Of a DNA stretch of 19,882 nucleotides, positions 7,330 through 15,521 are shown piece after piece. Source of the DNA: Alteromonas sp. (GTDB lineage: Bacteria; Margulisbacteria; Marinamargulisbacteria; UBA6595); assembly GCA_964220215.1 (NCBI GenBank), contig CAXPTH010000002.1, forward strand, positions 1-19,882, given 5' to 3'. Made by a program: the position numbers and the translations under genes. The notes under the pieces are model-generated. The model worked only from the letters and a program-made list of their open reading frames with translations. It did no database searches and was not told where the DNA came from. Numbering within the stretch: the stretch's first letter is position 1; the number at the start of each line of letters is the position of its first letter.

Positions 7330-8608
7330 TGCCAGCCTGATCCAGGACTGACTTGGGAGCTTCCCACGGATTAAACAAATACCGATTGGGCATGGCCGAT
7401 AACTCCGGAACATAGCGACGGGTATAATGCCCATCGGCATCAAACTTTTTACCCTGCAAAATAGGGTTAAAAATTCGAAAATACGGTGCCGCATCAGCCC
7501 CCGAACCAGCAATCCACTGCCAGCCAAAGCTATTATTGGCTACATTGGCATCAAACAAACAATCCCAAAACCACTCAAAGCCCCGTCGCCAATGAATCAG
7601 CAAATTTTTAACTAAAAAAGACCCAACAATCATCCGAACTCGGTTGTGCATTGTACCGGTTTGCCACAATTCACGCATCCCAGCATCCACAATCGGATAG
7701 CCGGTTTTTCCCTGTTGCCATGCCTGTAACAACGGGCCGTGGTCCCGCCATGGAAAAGCATCAAACCGCTTGTTGAGGTTTTCAGTGTACAGCATTGGAT
7801 AATCCCGCAGTAAATAATGCGCAAACTCTCGCCAGACTAGCTGCCGGCAAAATGCATCCTGGGTGGGGTCAATGCCACGCTCAGCCACCGCATACCAGAT
7901 CACACGAGGCGATACCTCCCCAAACGCTAAATGCGGAGACAACCGCGACACATGGGGCTCACTGGGCGTGTTGCGACCATCCGCATAATTCTGAATAGTA
8001 TCCAAAAATTCGGCCAATCGAGCCGCCGCACCCTGCTCCCCCGGCTGCCACGTTGCTGTGATTGTAGACGCCCAATCCAAGGCCGGCAGCAACGCCGAAG
8101 TATCCCCCAATCCAACGGGCACAACGCTGGGCTTAGCCATGGGAACCGGTTGGGTAGGCGGGGTTTCAATACAGCGTCGATAATATGGCGTAAAGACTTT
8201 GTAGGGCTGCCCATCCGATTTAACCACCGAGCCTGGCTCCCACAAGCATCCATCACTGTAGCCATAGCAGTCAACCCCCAACGCAGCTAAATGCTCATGG
8301 ACCGGCTGATAATCAATACCCGGAACCGCATTCCAATACACCGCTGTTACCGAATGCTGCCGAATTAGGGCATCCCAATCGCTCATGCTGGTTAAAATGG
8401 ATAAATGGCCACCCAGTTGATCAGACAACTGCTTTAAACTATGGTATAGCCAAACCCGACTCGCAGCCCCCGTGGGGATGGGCGCCCACTCATCGATTAG
8501 GCCATAGACTGGTACCACAGTGGCATCCTGAGTGGCTGCCAATAATGCCGGATTATCGGATAGCCGAAGATCGCGTTGAAACCAATGAATCGTGACCCGT
8601 TTTGTCAT
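7244..8608 (-). CDS. phr: Deoxyribodipyrimidine (CPD) photolyase, class III-like
   Basis: WFQRDLRLSDNPAL, PYKVFTPYY, SRLSPHLAFGEVSPR, WREF, GKTGYPIVDAGMRELWQTGTMHNRVRMIVGSFLVK, GWQWIAGSGADAAPYFRIFNP. ATGA overlap with the antiporter stop. Confidence 0.93.
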   Translation of the reverse strand: MTKRVTIHWFQRDLRLSDNPALLAATQDATVVPVYGLIDEWAPIPTGAASRVWLYHSLKQLSDQLGGHLSILTSMSDWDALIRQHSVTAVYWNAVPGIDYQPVHEHLAALGVDCYGYSDGCLWEPGSVVKSDGQPYKVFTPYYRRCIETPPTQPVPMAKPSVVPVGLGDTSALLPALDWASTITATWQPGEQGAAARLAEFLDTIQNYADGRNTPSEPHVSRLSPHLAFGEVSPRVIWYAVAERGIDPTQDAFCRQLVWREFAHYLLRDYPMLYTENLNKRFDAFPWRDHGPLLQAWQQGKTGYPIVDAGMRELWQTGTMHNRVRMIVGSFLVKNLLIHWRRGFEWFWDCLFDANVANNSFGWQWIAGSGADAAPYFRIFNPILQGKKFDADGHYTRRYVPELSAMPNRYLFNPWEAPKSVLDQAGITLGVHYPRPVVSVDHSRREALAAFGSL

Positions 8609-10374
8609 GGGACCAACGCAATCAGGGTCATGTTGGGCAATCGTGGGGGGCGATTGCCTTCAGAAAAAATATACAGCTCATGGTGTTGCGATACAAAAAA
8701 CAACGGAATAACTGGTGCATCATAGTGCATCAAAATATCCCGCAATTCTTCCCCTTCATTCAGTTTAATCGCCGCAACGGAATACCCAGAAATCATGTGA
8801 TTGACCAATTGCGTATACGTCATCCCCGCTGAAAATAGTGTGGGGATTTCCAAATGCTGTTGATGGGTAACATCTTGAGGGAACAACCGATACACTTTGC
8901 TGCGTCCAAAAACGGTCTTGTATTTGTTAACCGCCAATACATTTAAGTCATCGTTGGGTGTTACCGCTAGAAATCGGCCAATTTTCCGATCCTCCAACTC
9001 GTCTAAAATACTATCATCCAAAATACTGGCTTCAACACACGGAATATGGTGCATTCGGGCTTCATTGATGGACTGCTTGTTGGTATCCACCAACAGCACA
9101 TCTATTTTTTGATCGATCAATTGTTTGGCAATTGCCCGGGACAATGCATTGGATCCCGCAATTAACACGCCATAGAAATGGGGCCGTGTGACACTGAGCC
9201 ACTTCGCCAAATACCCCGCCAATAAGCCAGACTGAGCCACGGTAACAAAAATAACAATAAACGTAAAAAACACCAGCTGTTCAGCATCCACAACGCCATA
9301 GTTACTGAGCTTTAACGCAAATAACGACCCAATACTCGCCGCAATAATTCCCCGGGGTGCTGTTAAGCTCATAAATACTTTATGCCGCCACGTTAACCGA
9401 GAACCCAACGTGCATAAAAACACCCCCAGGGGCCGGGCAACAAAGACAACACTCACCAAAAACAGCACCGTATTCCAGGTGGTATACCCCACCAAATCAT
9501 AAAACGAAATGCGTGCAGCCAACATAATAAACAAGACCGATATTAACAACAAGGTCACATCTTCTTTAAAGCGCAAAATATGCTTAATTTTAACTTGATT
9601 TTGATTGGCTAAAATTAAGCCCATAACCGTTACACTCAGCAAACCCGACTCCAACTGAATAAAGTTGGATAAAACAAACACCGCCATAACAATCGCCAGC
9701 GTAAGTGGCGAATGCAAATACGCCGGTGCCCAACCCCGCTTCAAAATCATAATAATAAACACCCCGCCCGCTAAGCCCAAGCCCAAGCCAACCAGCAAGG
9801 TCATCAGCAAAAAGACAACCGAATACGATAACATAGCCCCCACTTCACTCAAAAACACCCACTCAAAGGCCAGTACCGCAATCACCGCCCCTACTGGATC
9901 AATAATAATACTTTCCCAGCGTAATGTTGAGCCCAAATCGGTGTCCAAGCGGACGTGCTTCAGTAAAGGCCCAATTACTGTTGGCCCGGTGACCACCAAA
10001 ATGGCCCCCAAAATGGTGCTTAACGCACCCGTCATGCCCAGAAAATAATGAGCAGCAATGGCAATCACAATCCAGTTCACCAACACCCCAATGGTATTCA
10101 AATTCCAGACAACGTTGCCCAACCCATGAATATCTTTAACTTTTAAACTCAAACCCCCTTCAAATAATATAATCGCGACCGACAACGACACAAAGGGAAA
10201 CAACAACTCGCCCATTAACTGATCGGGATTTAGCAGCCCACAAATAGGCCCAACCAATAACCCCAATAACAACAACGGTAAGATAGCCGGCAAGCGCATG
10301 CGCCAAGATACCCACTGGGCAAACAAGCCCGTGACAATCATAATAGAAAACTCAAATAAAATGGGAATGTTCAT
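8605..10374 (-). CDS. CPA1/NhaP-type cation:proton antiporter with C-terminal TrkA-N (RCK)-like domain
   Basis: Many TM helices; SVAIILFEGG, VVTGPTVI, WESIIIDPVG, ESGLL, APRGIIAAS; cytoplasmic tail VLIAGSNALSRAIA...VLLVDTN...AVTPNDDLN. Confidence 0.9.
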   Translation of the reverse strand: MNIPILFEFSIMIVTGLFAQWVSWRMRLPAILPLLLLGLLVGPICGLLNPDQLMGELLFPFVSLSVAIILFEGGLSLKVKDIHGLGNVVWNLNTIGVLVNWIVIAIAAHYFLGMTGALSTILGAILVVTGPTVIGPLLKHVRLDTDLGSTLRWESIIIDPVGAVIAVLAFEWVFLSEVGAMLSYSVVFLLMTLLVGLGLGLAGGVFIIMILKRGWAPAYLHSPLTLAIVMAVFVLSNFIQLESGLLSVTVMGLILANQNQVKIKHILRFKEDVTLLLISVLFIMLAARISFYDLVGYTTWNTVLFLVSVVFVARPLGVFLCTLGSRLTWRHKVFMSLTAPRGIIAASIGSLFALKLSNYGVVDAEQLVFFTFIVIFVTVAQSGLLAGYLAKWLSVTRPHFYGVLIAGSNALSRAIAKQLIDQKIDVLLVDTNKQSINEARMHHIPCVEASILDDSILDELEDRKIGRFLAVTPNDDLNVLAVNKYKTVFGRSKVYRLFPQDVTHQQHLEIPTLFSAGMTYTQLVNHMISGYSVAAIKLNEGEELRDILMHYDAPVIPLFFVSQHHELYIFSEGNRPPRLPNMTLIALVP

Positions 10375-10397
10375 GGACGAATTTATTCTCTATTCTG

Positions 10398-10403
10398 TAC
10401 ACT
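10398..10403 (+). promoter_or_regulatory. Candidate -10 (TACACT) for leaderless rnhC
   Basis: 7 nt upstream of ATG 10411 in a 36-nt divergent gap; no SD. Confidence 0.45.
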
Positions 10404-10410
10404 TTAAATA

Positions 10411-11331
10411 ATGAATCAAAATCATAATTTTATACTGGAAGCCACACGTTTATTAAAGCATAATTTAGTCGAAATTGAAAGCGAAAAAGCCATTCAATAT
10501 TGCCACCAATTGGCGTGCCGACTCAACCAAAGCGCTATCACCATTCGTTTGTTTTTTGGTAAAAAAGGCCCAACCGTGGATCTGTCTCAAATTAAAAATT
10601 TGACGATCCAAGACCAGTTGCGTGCCTGGTTAGCGCCCTTAAAGGCTCGCACAACCCCCCAATCAACCGCCCAGCCAACAGCAACCCAATCCCCGATGGC
10701 TGTCACTGATGCATGGCCATTGCCCCTAATTGGGGTGGACGAATCCGGCAAAGGTGATTTTTTTGGCCCCTTGGTCACTGCGGCTGTGTATGTCACACCC
10801 GATACCGCACAGGCCTTACGAGACCGTGGCGTGATGGACAGCAAGCAACTGCGCGATACCCACATTGCGCCATTGGCCGAGTGGATTCAAACCCACTGCC
10901 CCCACACCGTATGCAGTTTATTGCCAGATCATTACAATCAGCGGTATGCCCAAACTCCCAATTTAAACAGTTTATTGGCGAGCTGCCATATTGATGTCAT
11001 TGCGCATATGAACCAACAAACGGGTTGTACGGTTGCCTTATCGGATCAATTTGCCAAACCTGCCGTGTTGCAAACATTGGGAACCAAGCGTATTCCCCAT
11101 GTCACCATTCACCAGGCCACCCGTGCGGAATCCAACATTGCCGTTGCCGCTGCCAGCATTGTCGCCCGTGCCCGCTTTATTGCAGATTTAAGCCAGCTAT
11201 CCACCGCCATTGGCGTTGCACTGCCCAAAGGGGCTACCCATATTCAAGCAGCCTATGATTGTGTTATCAAAACACTGGGGCGCGACCGTTTGCATACGGT
11301 AGCTAAGACTCACTTCAAATGCGCAAAATGA
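10411..11331 (+). CDS. rnhC: Ribonuclease HIII
   Basis: IGVDESGKGDFFGPL, GVMDSK, SDQF, AVAAASIVAR, LPKGA, VAKTHFK, plus a ~100-aa N-terminal extension typical of HIII. Confidence 0.92.
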   Translation: MNQNHNFILEATRLLKHNLVEIESEKAIQYCHQLACRLNQSAITIRLFFGKKGPTVDLSQIKNLTIQDQLRAWLAPLKARTTPQSTAQPTATQSPMAVTDAWPLPLIGVDESGKGDFFGPLVTAAVYVTPDTAQALRDRGVMDSKQLRDTHIAPLAEWIQTHCPHTVCSLLPDHYNQRYAQTPNLNSLLASCHIDVIAHMNQQTGCTVALSDQFAKPAVLQTLGTKRIPHVTIHQATRAESNIAVAAASIVARARFIADLSQLSTAIGVALPKGATHIQAAYDCVIKTLGRDRLHTVAKTHFKCAK

Positions 11332-11945
11332 CGCATCACATTGCGCAATAACTGAACGCCCACTTGCCCACTTTTTTCCGGATGAAATTGCGCCGCAAAG
11401 ACCGTGGGGGTCCATATACTAGACACAAACGATTGGCCATAGTTCGTCTGGGTGTGCCCCATGGACGGATCAATCGTTTGAAGCCAATAACTATGAACAA
11501 AATACACCAATGGACGATCAATGCCCTGCAAATAATACGGGCTGTCTCCTGTGTCGTGCAATTGATTCCAGCCCATGTGGGGAACAACCAATTGGGTATT
11601 GTCAATCGCTTCGATATGCCCAGGAAACACACCCAAGCCGGATACTCCCGGGGATTCCGCACTGCTTTCGAACAACAATTGAAACCCCAAACACAAGCCA
11701 ATGAACGGTTTTTTAGCCTGAACATGATCTAAAATTGGGGCGACAAACCCCCGTTGGTTCAGTTGATGCATGCCATACCCAAACGCACCAACACCGGGCA
11801 AAATCACCCCATCGCTGTTGGCAATGTCTGAGGGGGTGTCAATCCGTCGAACGGAGCACCCTAAGTATCGAAATAATTTCTCAACGCTATATAAATTTCC
11901 AGCGCCATAGTCAATAATGCCAAGCACCGGCCCTGTATTCGTCAT
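11310..11945 (-). CDS. hisH: Imidazole glycerol phosphate synthase glutaminase subunit
   Basis: IIDYGAGNL, LPGVGAF, GLCLGFQLL (catalytic Cys), PHMGWN, YFVHSY, QFHPEKS. Start moved from 11996 to ATG 11945 (MTNTGPVLGII). Confidence 0.94.
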   Translation of the reverse strand: MTNTGPVLGIIDYGAGNLYSVEKLFRYLGCSVRRIDTPSDIANSDGVILPGVGAFGYGMHQLNQRGFVAPILDHVQAKKPFIGLCLGFQLLFESSAESPGVSGLGVFPGHIEAIDNTQLVVPHMGWNQLHDTGDSPYYLQGIDRPLVYFVHSYWLQTIDPSMGHTQTNYGQSFVSSIWTPTVFAAQFHPEKSGQVGVQLLRNVMRHFAHLK

Positions 11946-11955
11946 CTTAATTGCC

Positions 11956-11964
11956 AGTATAGCA
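11956..11964 (-). promoter_or_regulatory. Candidate extended -10 (TG-c-TATACT) for hisH
   Basis: 10 nt upstream of ATG 11945. Confidence 0.55.
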
Positions 11965-11995
11965 TAAAAAACACTGGGGCTTATCGCCCAGAGCA

Positions 11996-12004
11996 TGGTA
12001 AACT
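11996..12004 (+). promoter_or_regulatory. Candidate extended -10 (TG-g-TAAACT) for the djlA-like gene
   Basis: 10 nt upstream of ATG 12015. The spacer contains AAGG, so an SD-led alternative cannot be excluded. Confidence 0.45.
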
Positions 12005-12014
12005 AAGGCATACA

Positions 12015-12851
12015 ATGCGATACAAAAATTATTCAAATGGCGGCAACTACGTTTGGTTGATCTTATTGTTTTTGTTGTTGTTTGGTGGCTTTCGGTTCAT
12101 TATCTTACTGTTTGGAATCACATTAGCGATTCTGATTAATTTTTTCCCTCTGATTGTGATTGGGTTTGTTGTCTACTCCTTAGTCAAAACCATTCGATAC
12201 AATACCGGCATTCATACTAATATTAAAAGCACGACCGTTTCGCATCAACGGTTTACTGAAATTTTAATTCGCATTATTGCCCATGTGATTCACAGCGATG
12301 ACCATGTCAGCGATAAAGAAATGGCCATTGTGATTCAATGTTTTCAGCGCATTGGATTCCCAACCTCACGGATTCCTTGGCTCATGGATTTGCTAAAATC
12401 TGCCTTAAAACAAAACCCCCCGTTGGATGAATTGTGTGCTGCATTTAATGAGTCGTTTCAATACCAATCCAAACTGATTTTGCTAGACATGGTGTATCAA
12501 GTGGCAATCGCCGATGACCACCTCCATGAAAAAGAACGGCAAATCATTCACAGAATTTGCCAATTGCTGGGCATCCGAGACCACGACAGTACCGCTTTTG
12601 AGCGTCAATATGCCAGTCATCAGACCCATCATCCCACCAACTCTCACAGCAATCAGTATGCGGAATGTTTGGCTATTTTAGAATTATCCGGACGCCCGGA
12701 TATAGCAACCATTAAGCAAGCCTATAAAAAACTATGCAAGCAGTATCACCCCGATAAAGTTCAGCATTTGGGGCAAGAATATCGAACCCTTGCTGACAAA
12801 AAAATAAAAGCCATCACCCAGGCCTATACATATCTCAAGAATCACACATGA
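12015..12851 (+). CDS. djlA: DjlA-like membrane-anchored co-chaperone (TM + TerB-like + C-terminal J domain)
   Basis: Long hydrophobic N-terminus; TerB-like repeats VIHSDDHVSDKE and VAIADDHLHEKE; J domain IKQAYKKLCKQYHPDKV...ITQAYTYL. Confidence 0.85.
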   Translation: MRYKNYSNGGNYVWLILLFLLLFGGFRFIILLFGITLAILINFFPLIVIGFVVYSLVKTIRYNTGIHTNIKSTTVSHQRFTEILIRIIAHVIHSDDHVSDKEMAIVIQCFQRIGFPTSRIPWLMDLLKSALKQNPPLDELCAAFNESFQYQSKLILLDMVYQVAIADDHLHEKERQIIHRICQLLGIRDHDSTAFERQYASHQTHHPTNSHSNQYAECLAILELSGRPDIATIKQAYKKLCKQYHPDKVQHLGQEYRTLADKKIKAITQAYTYLKNHT

Positions 12852-13759
12852 GCTACCAAAAAATTCAAAACGCTTTAGATGATCATGACCACAAAGCCTT
12901 TCTGATTCAGTATTTTGAAACGATTTATTCCGGCGTTGATCTGCCCATTCCATCGGGCTTAGAGATGGACCGGATTCAGCAAGGATGGAAAAAAATTTTT
13001 GATGAAGTCATTGAAATCTCGGTTCCGGATGCCTTTATCGAAGCCCTCAGCCAAGAATGGCAAACCATTATTACTCAACAAGGTGGCAAAGTCGATGACA
13101 ATTTTGTCCTTGAAATCTTGGAATTACTCACCGGAAAGCAACCCGAATACAAACAACCCAAATCAACCATTGGGGCCAAACAAACCAACAACGCCCCCGC
13201 TCCGACTCCTTCATCCAAACGCTTCTACCCCCGTCGATCCAAACCCGGTGAACGCCGAGACTTGCCGCCCTTGGCGGATGAAGCCGTGGATGCCGCCATT
13301 AGCGAAACATACCGCGGCCATTCGACTGAATCGGACCCTGACATTCCGGTAATAATCACCCAGCAAATAGACCCCCTCATGGCGACCCTGCGCCAACACT
13401 ATTCAACAAATGATGCCCATGGGTTTTTAATTAGTCTGTTTACTCTGTCCTTTTCCAATGCCCCCCCCTGTGCCCTCCCAGCAATATCGGGGGAATCCCG
13501 GCCGATCTTTCAAACCCATTGGCAAGATACGCTGTTGCTCCTCTTTGAGAAACCGGGGCACGATACCTTCATCAAACACCTGCATCCCGTTTGGCTCGGT
13601 ATTTATCAAACCCTTCGTCAACTGCCCGACACGCCATCGGCACGGAGTGCCTGGCTGACTGAATTAACGGCCACCTATAAAAAACCAGAGACTCCCAAAA
13701 AAACCACGTGGCTAAACTCGTGGATCCAGACGATTCGGGACCTATTTCAAGCCCCTTAA
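12848..13759 (+). CDS. Hypothetical protein with two copies of a ~60-aa helical domain joined by a Pro/Lys/Arg-rich linker
   Basis: 303-aa ORF, ATGA overlap with the djlA-like stop, fills the gap; internal repeat visible in the translation. No family recognised. Confidence 0.8.
   Translation: MSYQKIQNALDDHDHKAFLIQYFETIYSGVDLPIPSGLEMDRIQQGWKKIFDEVIEISVPDAFIEALSQEWQTIITQQGGKVDDNFVLEILELLTGKQPEYKQPKSTIGAKQTNNAPAPTPSSKRFYPRRSKPGERRDLPPLADEAVDAAISETYRGHSTESDPDIPVIITQQIDPLMATLRQHYSTNDAHGFLISLFTLSFSNAPPCALPAISGESRPIFQTHWQDTLLLLFEKPGHDTFIKHLHPVWLGIYQTLRQLPDTPSARSAWLTELTATYKKPETPKKTTWLNSWIQTIRDLFQAP
12887..13603 (+). repeat. Protein-level internal duplication (aa ~14-74 at 12887-13069 versus aa ~189-252 at 13412-13603)
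   Basis: Both copies match D-x3-FLI-x2-F-x4-S ... G-x6-Q-x2-W-x8-E-x4-D-x-FI-x2-L-x3-W-x2-I, with one 3-residue gap between the two blocks. Confidence 0.72.
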
Positions 13760-13770
13760 TCCATCAACAC

Positions 13771-13902
13771 CTAATTCATAAAAAACTGAACAAAAATTGT
13801 TACATTAAACCCTTCCATGACAAATTCTTTTTTCACCGGCACGGTGTTTTGTAGAACAGTCGGCAATTTTTGTTGAAGTTCTTCCATTGAGTAATGGATC
13901 AT
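13771..13902 (-). CDS. Unannotated small protein, 43 aa: MIHYSMEELQQKLPTVLQNTVPVKKEFVMEGFNVTIFVQFFMN
   Basis: ATG 13902 to TAG 13771-13773, preceded by TAAGGAG 5 nt upstream; overlaps neither neighbour; below the ORF-track length cutoff. Confidence 0.68.
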   Translation of the reverse strand: MIHYSMEELQQKLPTVLQNTVPVKKEFVMEGFNVTIFVQFFMN

Positions 13903-13907
13903 GGTAT

Positions 13908-13914
13908 CTCCTTA
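13908..13914 (-). promoter_or_regulatory. Strong Shine-Dalgarno TAAGGAG of the 43-aa ORF
   Basis: Minus strand reads TAAGGAG-atacc-ATG; a TACAAT -10 candidate lies at 13939-13944. Confidence 0.7.
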
Positions 13915-14008
13915 TGCTATGCAACGAATAAATTGGTAATTGTATATAAACTAAATACCCATTGTTTGCAGATTTTAAACATTCGGACTGTTTGATTGCC
14001 CTGATTTT

Positions 14009-14017
14009 TGGTAGAAT
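14009..14017 (+). promoter_or_regulatory. Candidate extended -10 (TG-g-TAGAAT) for the lipA operon
   Basis: 11 nt upstream of ATG 14029; no SD. Confidence 0.55.
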
Positions 14018-14028
14018 ACAAACTAAGT

Positions 14029-14940
14029 ATGACACCAGAGCGGACCTGTGTATTAACAGAATCAGAAAAACTGGAAACAACCGGCGAACGATTGCCCAGT
14101 TGGTTTCGATCCAGCGTTGGGAAGCGCGAAGCCGCTGAAACATTATCCCAAAACTTAAATGCGGAGATTCCCAACACAATTTGCCAAGAAGCGCGATGCC
14201 CCAATCGATCCGAATGCTGGTCCAAAGGCCTACTCACTTTTATGATTTTGGGAACCATTTGTACCCGACGCTGCCAGTTTTGCAGCGTTAAATTTGGAAA
14301 ACCGCTCCCACCCGATACGGCTGATTTGGCCCATATTCTTAATGCCATCGAGCAACTCAATTTACGATTTGTTGTTCTGACATCCCCCAACCGAGATGAT
14401 TTGCCGGACGGCGGGGCTGGGCATTATGCCTTTATTGTATCTGAGATCAAAAAACGCTATCAAAACCGAGTGAAAGTTGAAGTACTCATTCCAGATTTTA
14501 AAGGCCAAGCTGCGCCATTAACCACCGTAATTGAGTCCGGACCGGATGTGATTAACCACAATTTAGAAACCGTCCCATCCCTGTATCGCATTGCCCGAAA
14601 AGGATCGTTGTACACCCGATCCTTGGACGTGTTGTCTGCGGTCAAGGCCAAGGACCCCAATCGATTAACCAAAACCGGTGTTATGCTGGGTCTTGGGGAA
14701 ACCGAAGACGAGCTCATTCAGACATTTCGCGATATTCGCGATCGCAACATTGACATTTTAACCCTAGGGCAATACCTCAAGCCCGACCGAAACAGCCTGC
14801 CGATTGCCCGATATTATCACCCCAAAGAGTTTATTTATTACAAAGACATTGCCACCGATCTGGGTATTCGGCATGTGTTTTCAGGGCCCTTGGTTCGCAG
14901 TTCCTATTTGGCTGAACATGTATTTGATGCGCTAAATTAA
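14029..14940 (+). CDS. lipA: Lipoyl synthase
   Basis: CX4CX5C (CQEARCPNRSEC), radical-SAM CX3CX2C (CTRRCQFC), RDDLPDGGA, NHNLETV, TLGQYL, GPLVRSSY. Start moved from TTG 14008 to ATG 14029. Confidence 0.97.
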   Translation: MTPERTCVLTESEKLETTGERLPSWFRSSVGKREAAETLSQNLNAEIPNTICQEARCPNRSECWSKGLLTFMILGTICTRRCQFCSVKFGKPLPPDTADLAHILNAIEQLNLRFVVLTSPNRDDLPDGGAGHYAFIVSEIKKRYQNRVKVEVLIPDFKGQAAPLTTVIESGPDVINHNLETVPSLYRIARKGSLYTRSLDVLSAVKAKDPNRLTKTGVMLGLGETEDELIQTFRDIRDRNIDILTLGQYLKPDRNSLPIARYYHPKEFIYYKDIATDLGIRHVFSGPLVRSSYLAEHVFDALN

Positions 14941-14942
14941 CC

Positions 14943-15521
14943 ATGCTGATTGGGTTTCTTGCCTGTATCCTAGGTTACTGTATTGGCTCAATTCCGTTTG
15001 CCATTGGCATCCAAACATGGTGTGGCCTAGATCTAAAAACTACCGGCTCTGGCAATCTAGGCACCACCAACATGTACCGACAAGGCGGATGGAAACCCGC
15101 CGTGTCGCTGTTACTATTGGACGCCAGTAAAGCCGCCATCCCCACCGCCTTAGCCATGCACTATTTCAGCAGCCCCTGGTGGCACATTGGCGTTGGCCTG
15201 ATGGCGATTGTTGGGCATATCTGGTCTGTATTTTTGGGATTTAAAGGCGGTAAGGGCGTAGCCCCTAGCCTGGGGTTTTTACTCGTGTTAAGCCCCGTTA
15301 TTTGGCTATCGCTCGCCGGTATGGCAACGGTGGTGATTGGCATCACACGCTATGTATCGGTGGCGAGTCTGTTGGGGGCCCTACTAGCACCCGGTATGGC
15401 CTACGCCTTAGGGTTACCCATTGCCTATATCAGCGCCATCCTTAGTTTGTCTGTTTTGGTCATTATCAAGCACCGGAGCAATATTCACCGGCTCCTGAAT
15501 GGAACTGAAAACAAAGTCTAA
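14943..15521 (+). CDS. plsY: Glycerol-3-phosphate 1-O-acyltransferase
   Basis: GYCIGSIP, GSGNLGTTNMYR, LDASK, GHIWSVFLGFKGGKGVA, TRYVSVAS, KHRSNIHRLLNGTENK. Confidence 0.96.
   Translation: MLIGFLACILGYCIGSIPFAIGIQTWCGLDLKTTGSGNLGTTNMYRQGGWKPAVSLLLLDASKAAIPTALAMHYFSSPWWHIGVGLMAIVGHIWSVFLGFKGGKGVAPSLGFLLVLSPVIWLSLAGMATVVIGITRYVSVASLLGALLAPGMAYALGLPIAYISAILSLSVLVIIKHRSNIHRLLNGTENKV

Noticed and set aside
11310..11945. hisH without adjacent hisF as a sign of a specialised pathway
   Set aside because: Motifs are canonical and no sugar-modification cluster is adjacent; scattered his genes are common.
13805..14390. ORF-track ORFs 13805..14179(-) and 13917..14390(-)
   Set aside because: Largely antisense to lipA with no motifs; the SD-led 43-aa ORF in another frame explains the gap better.
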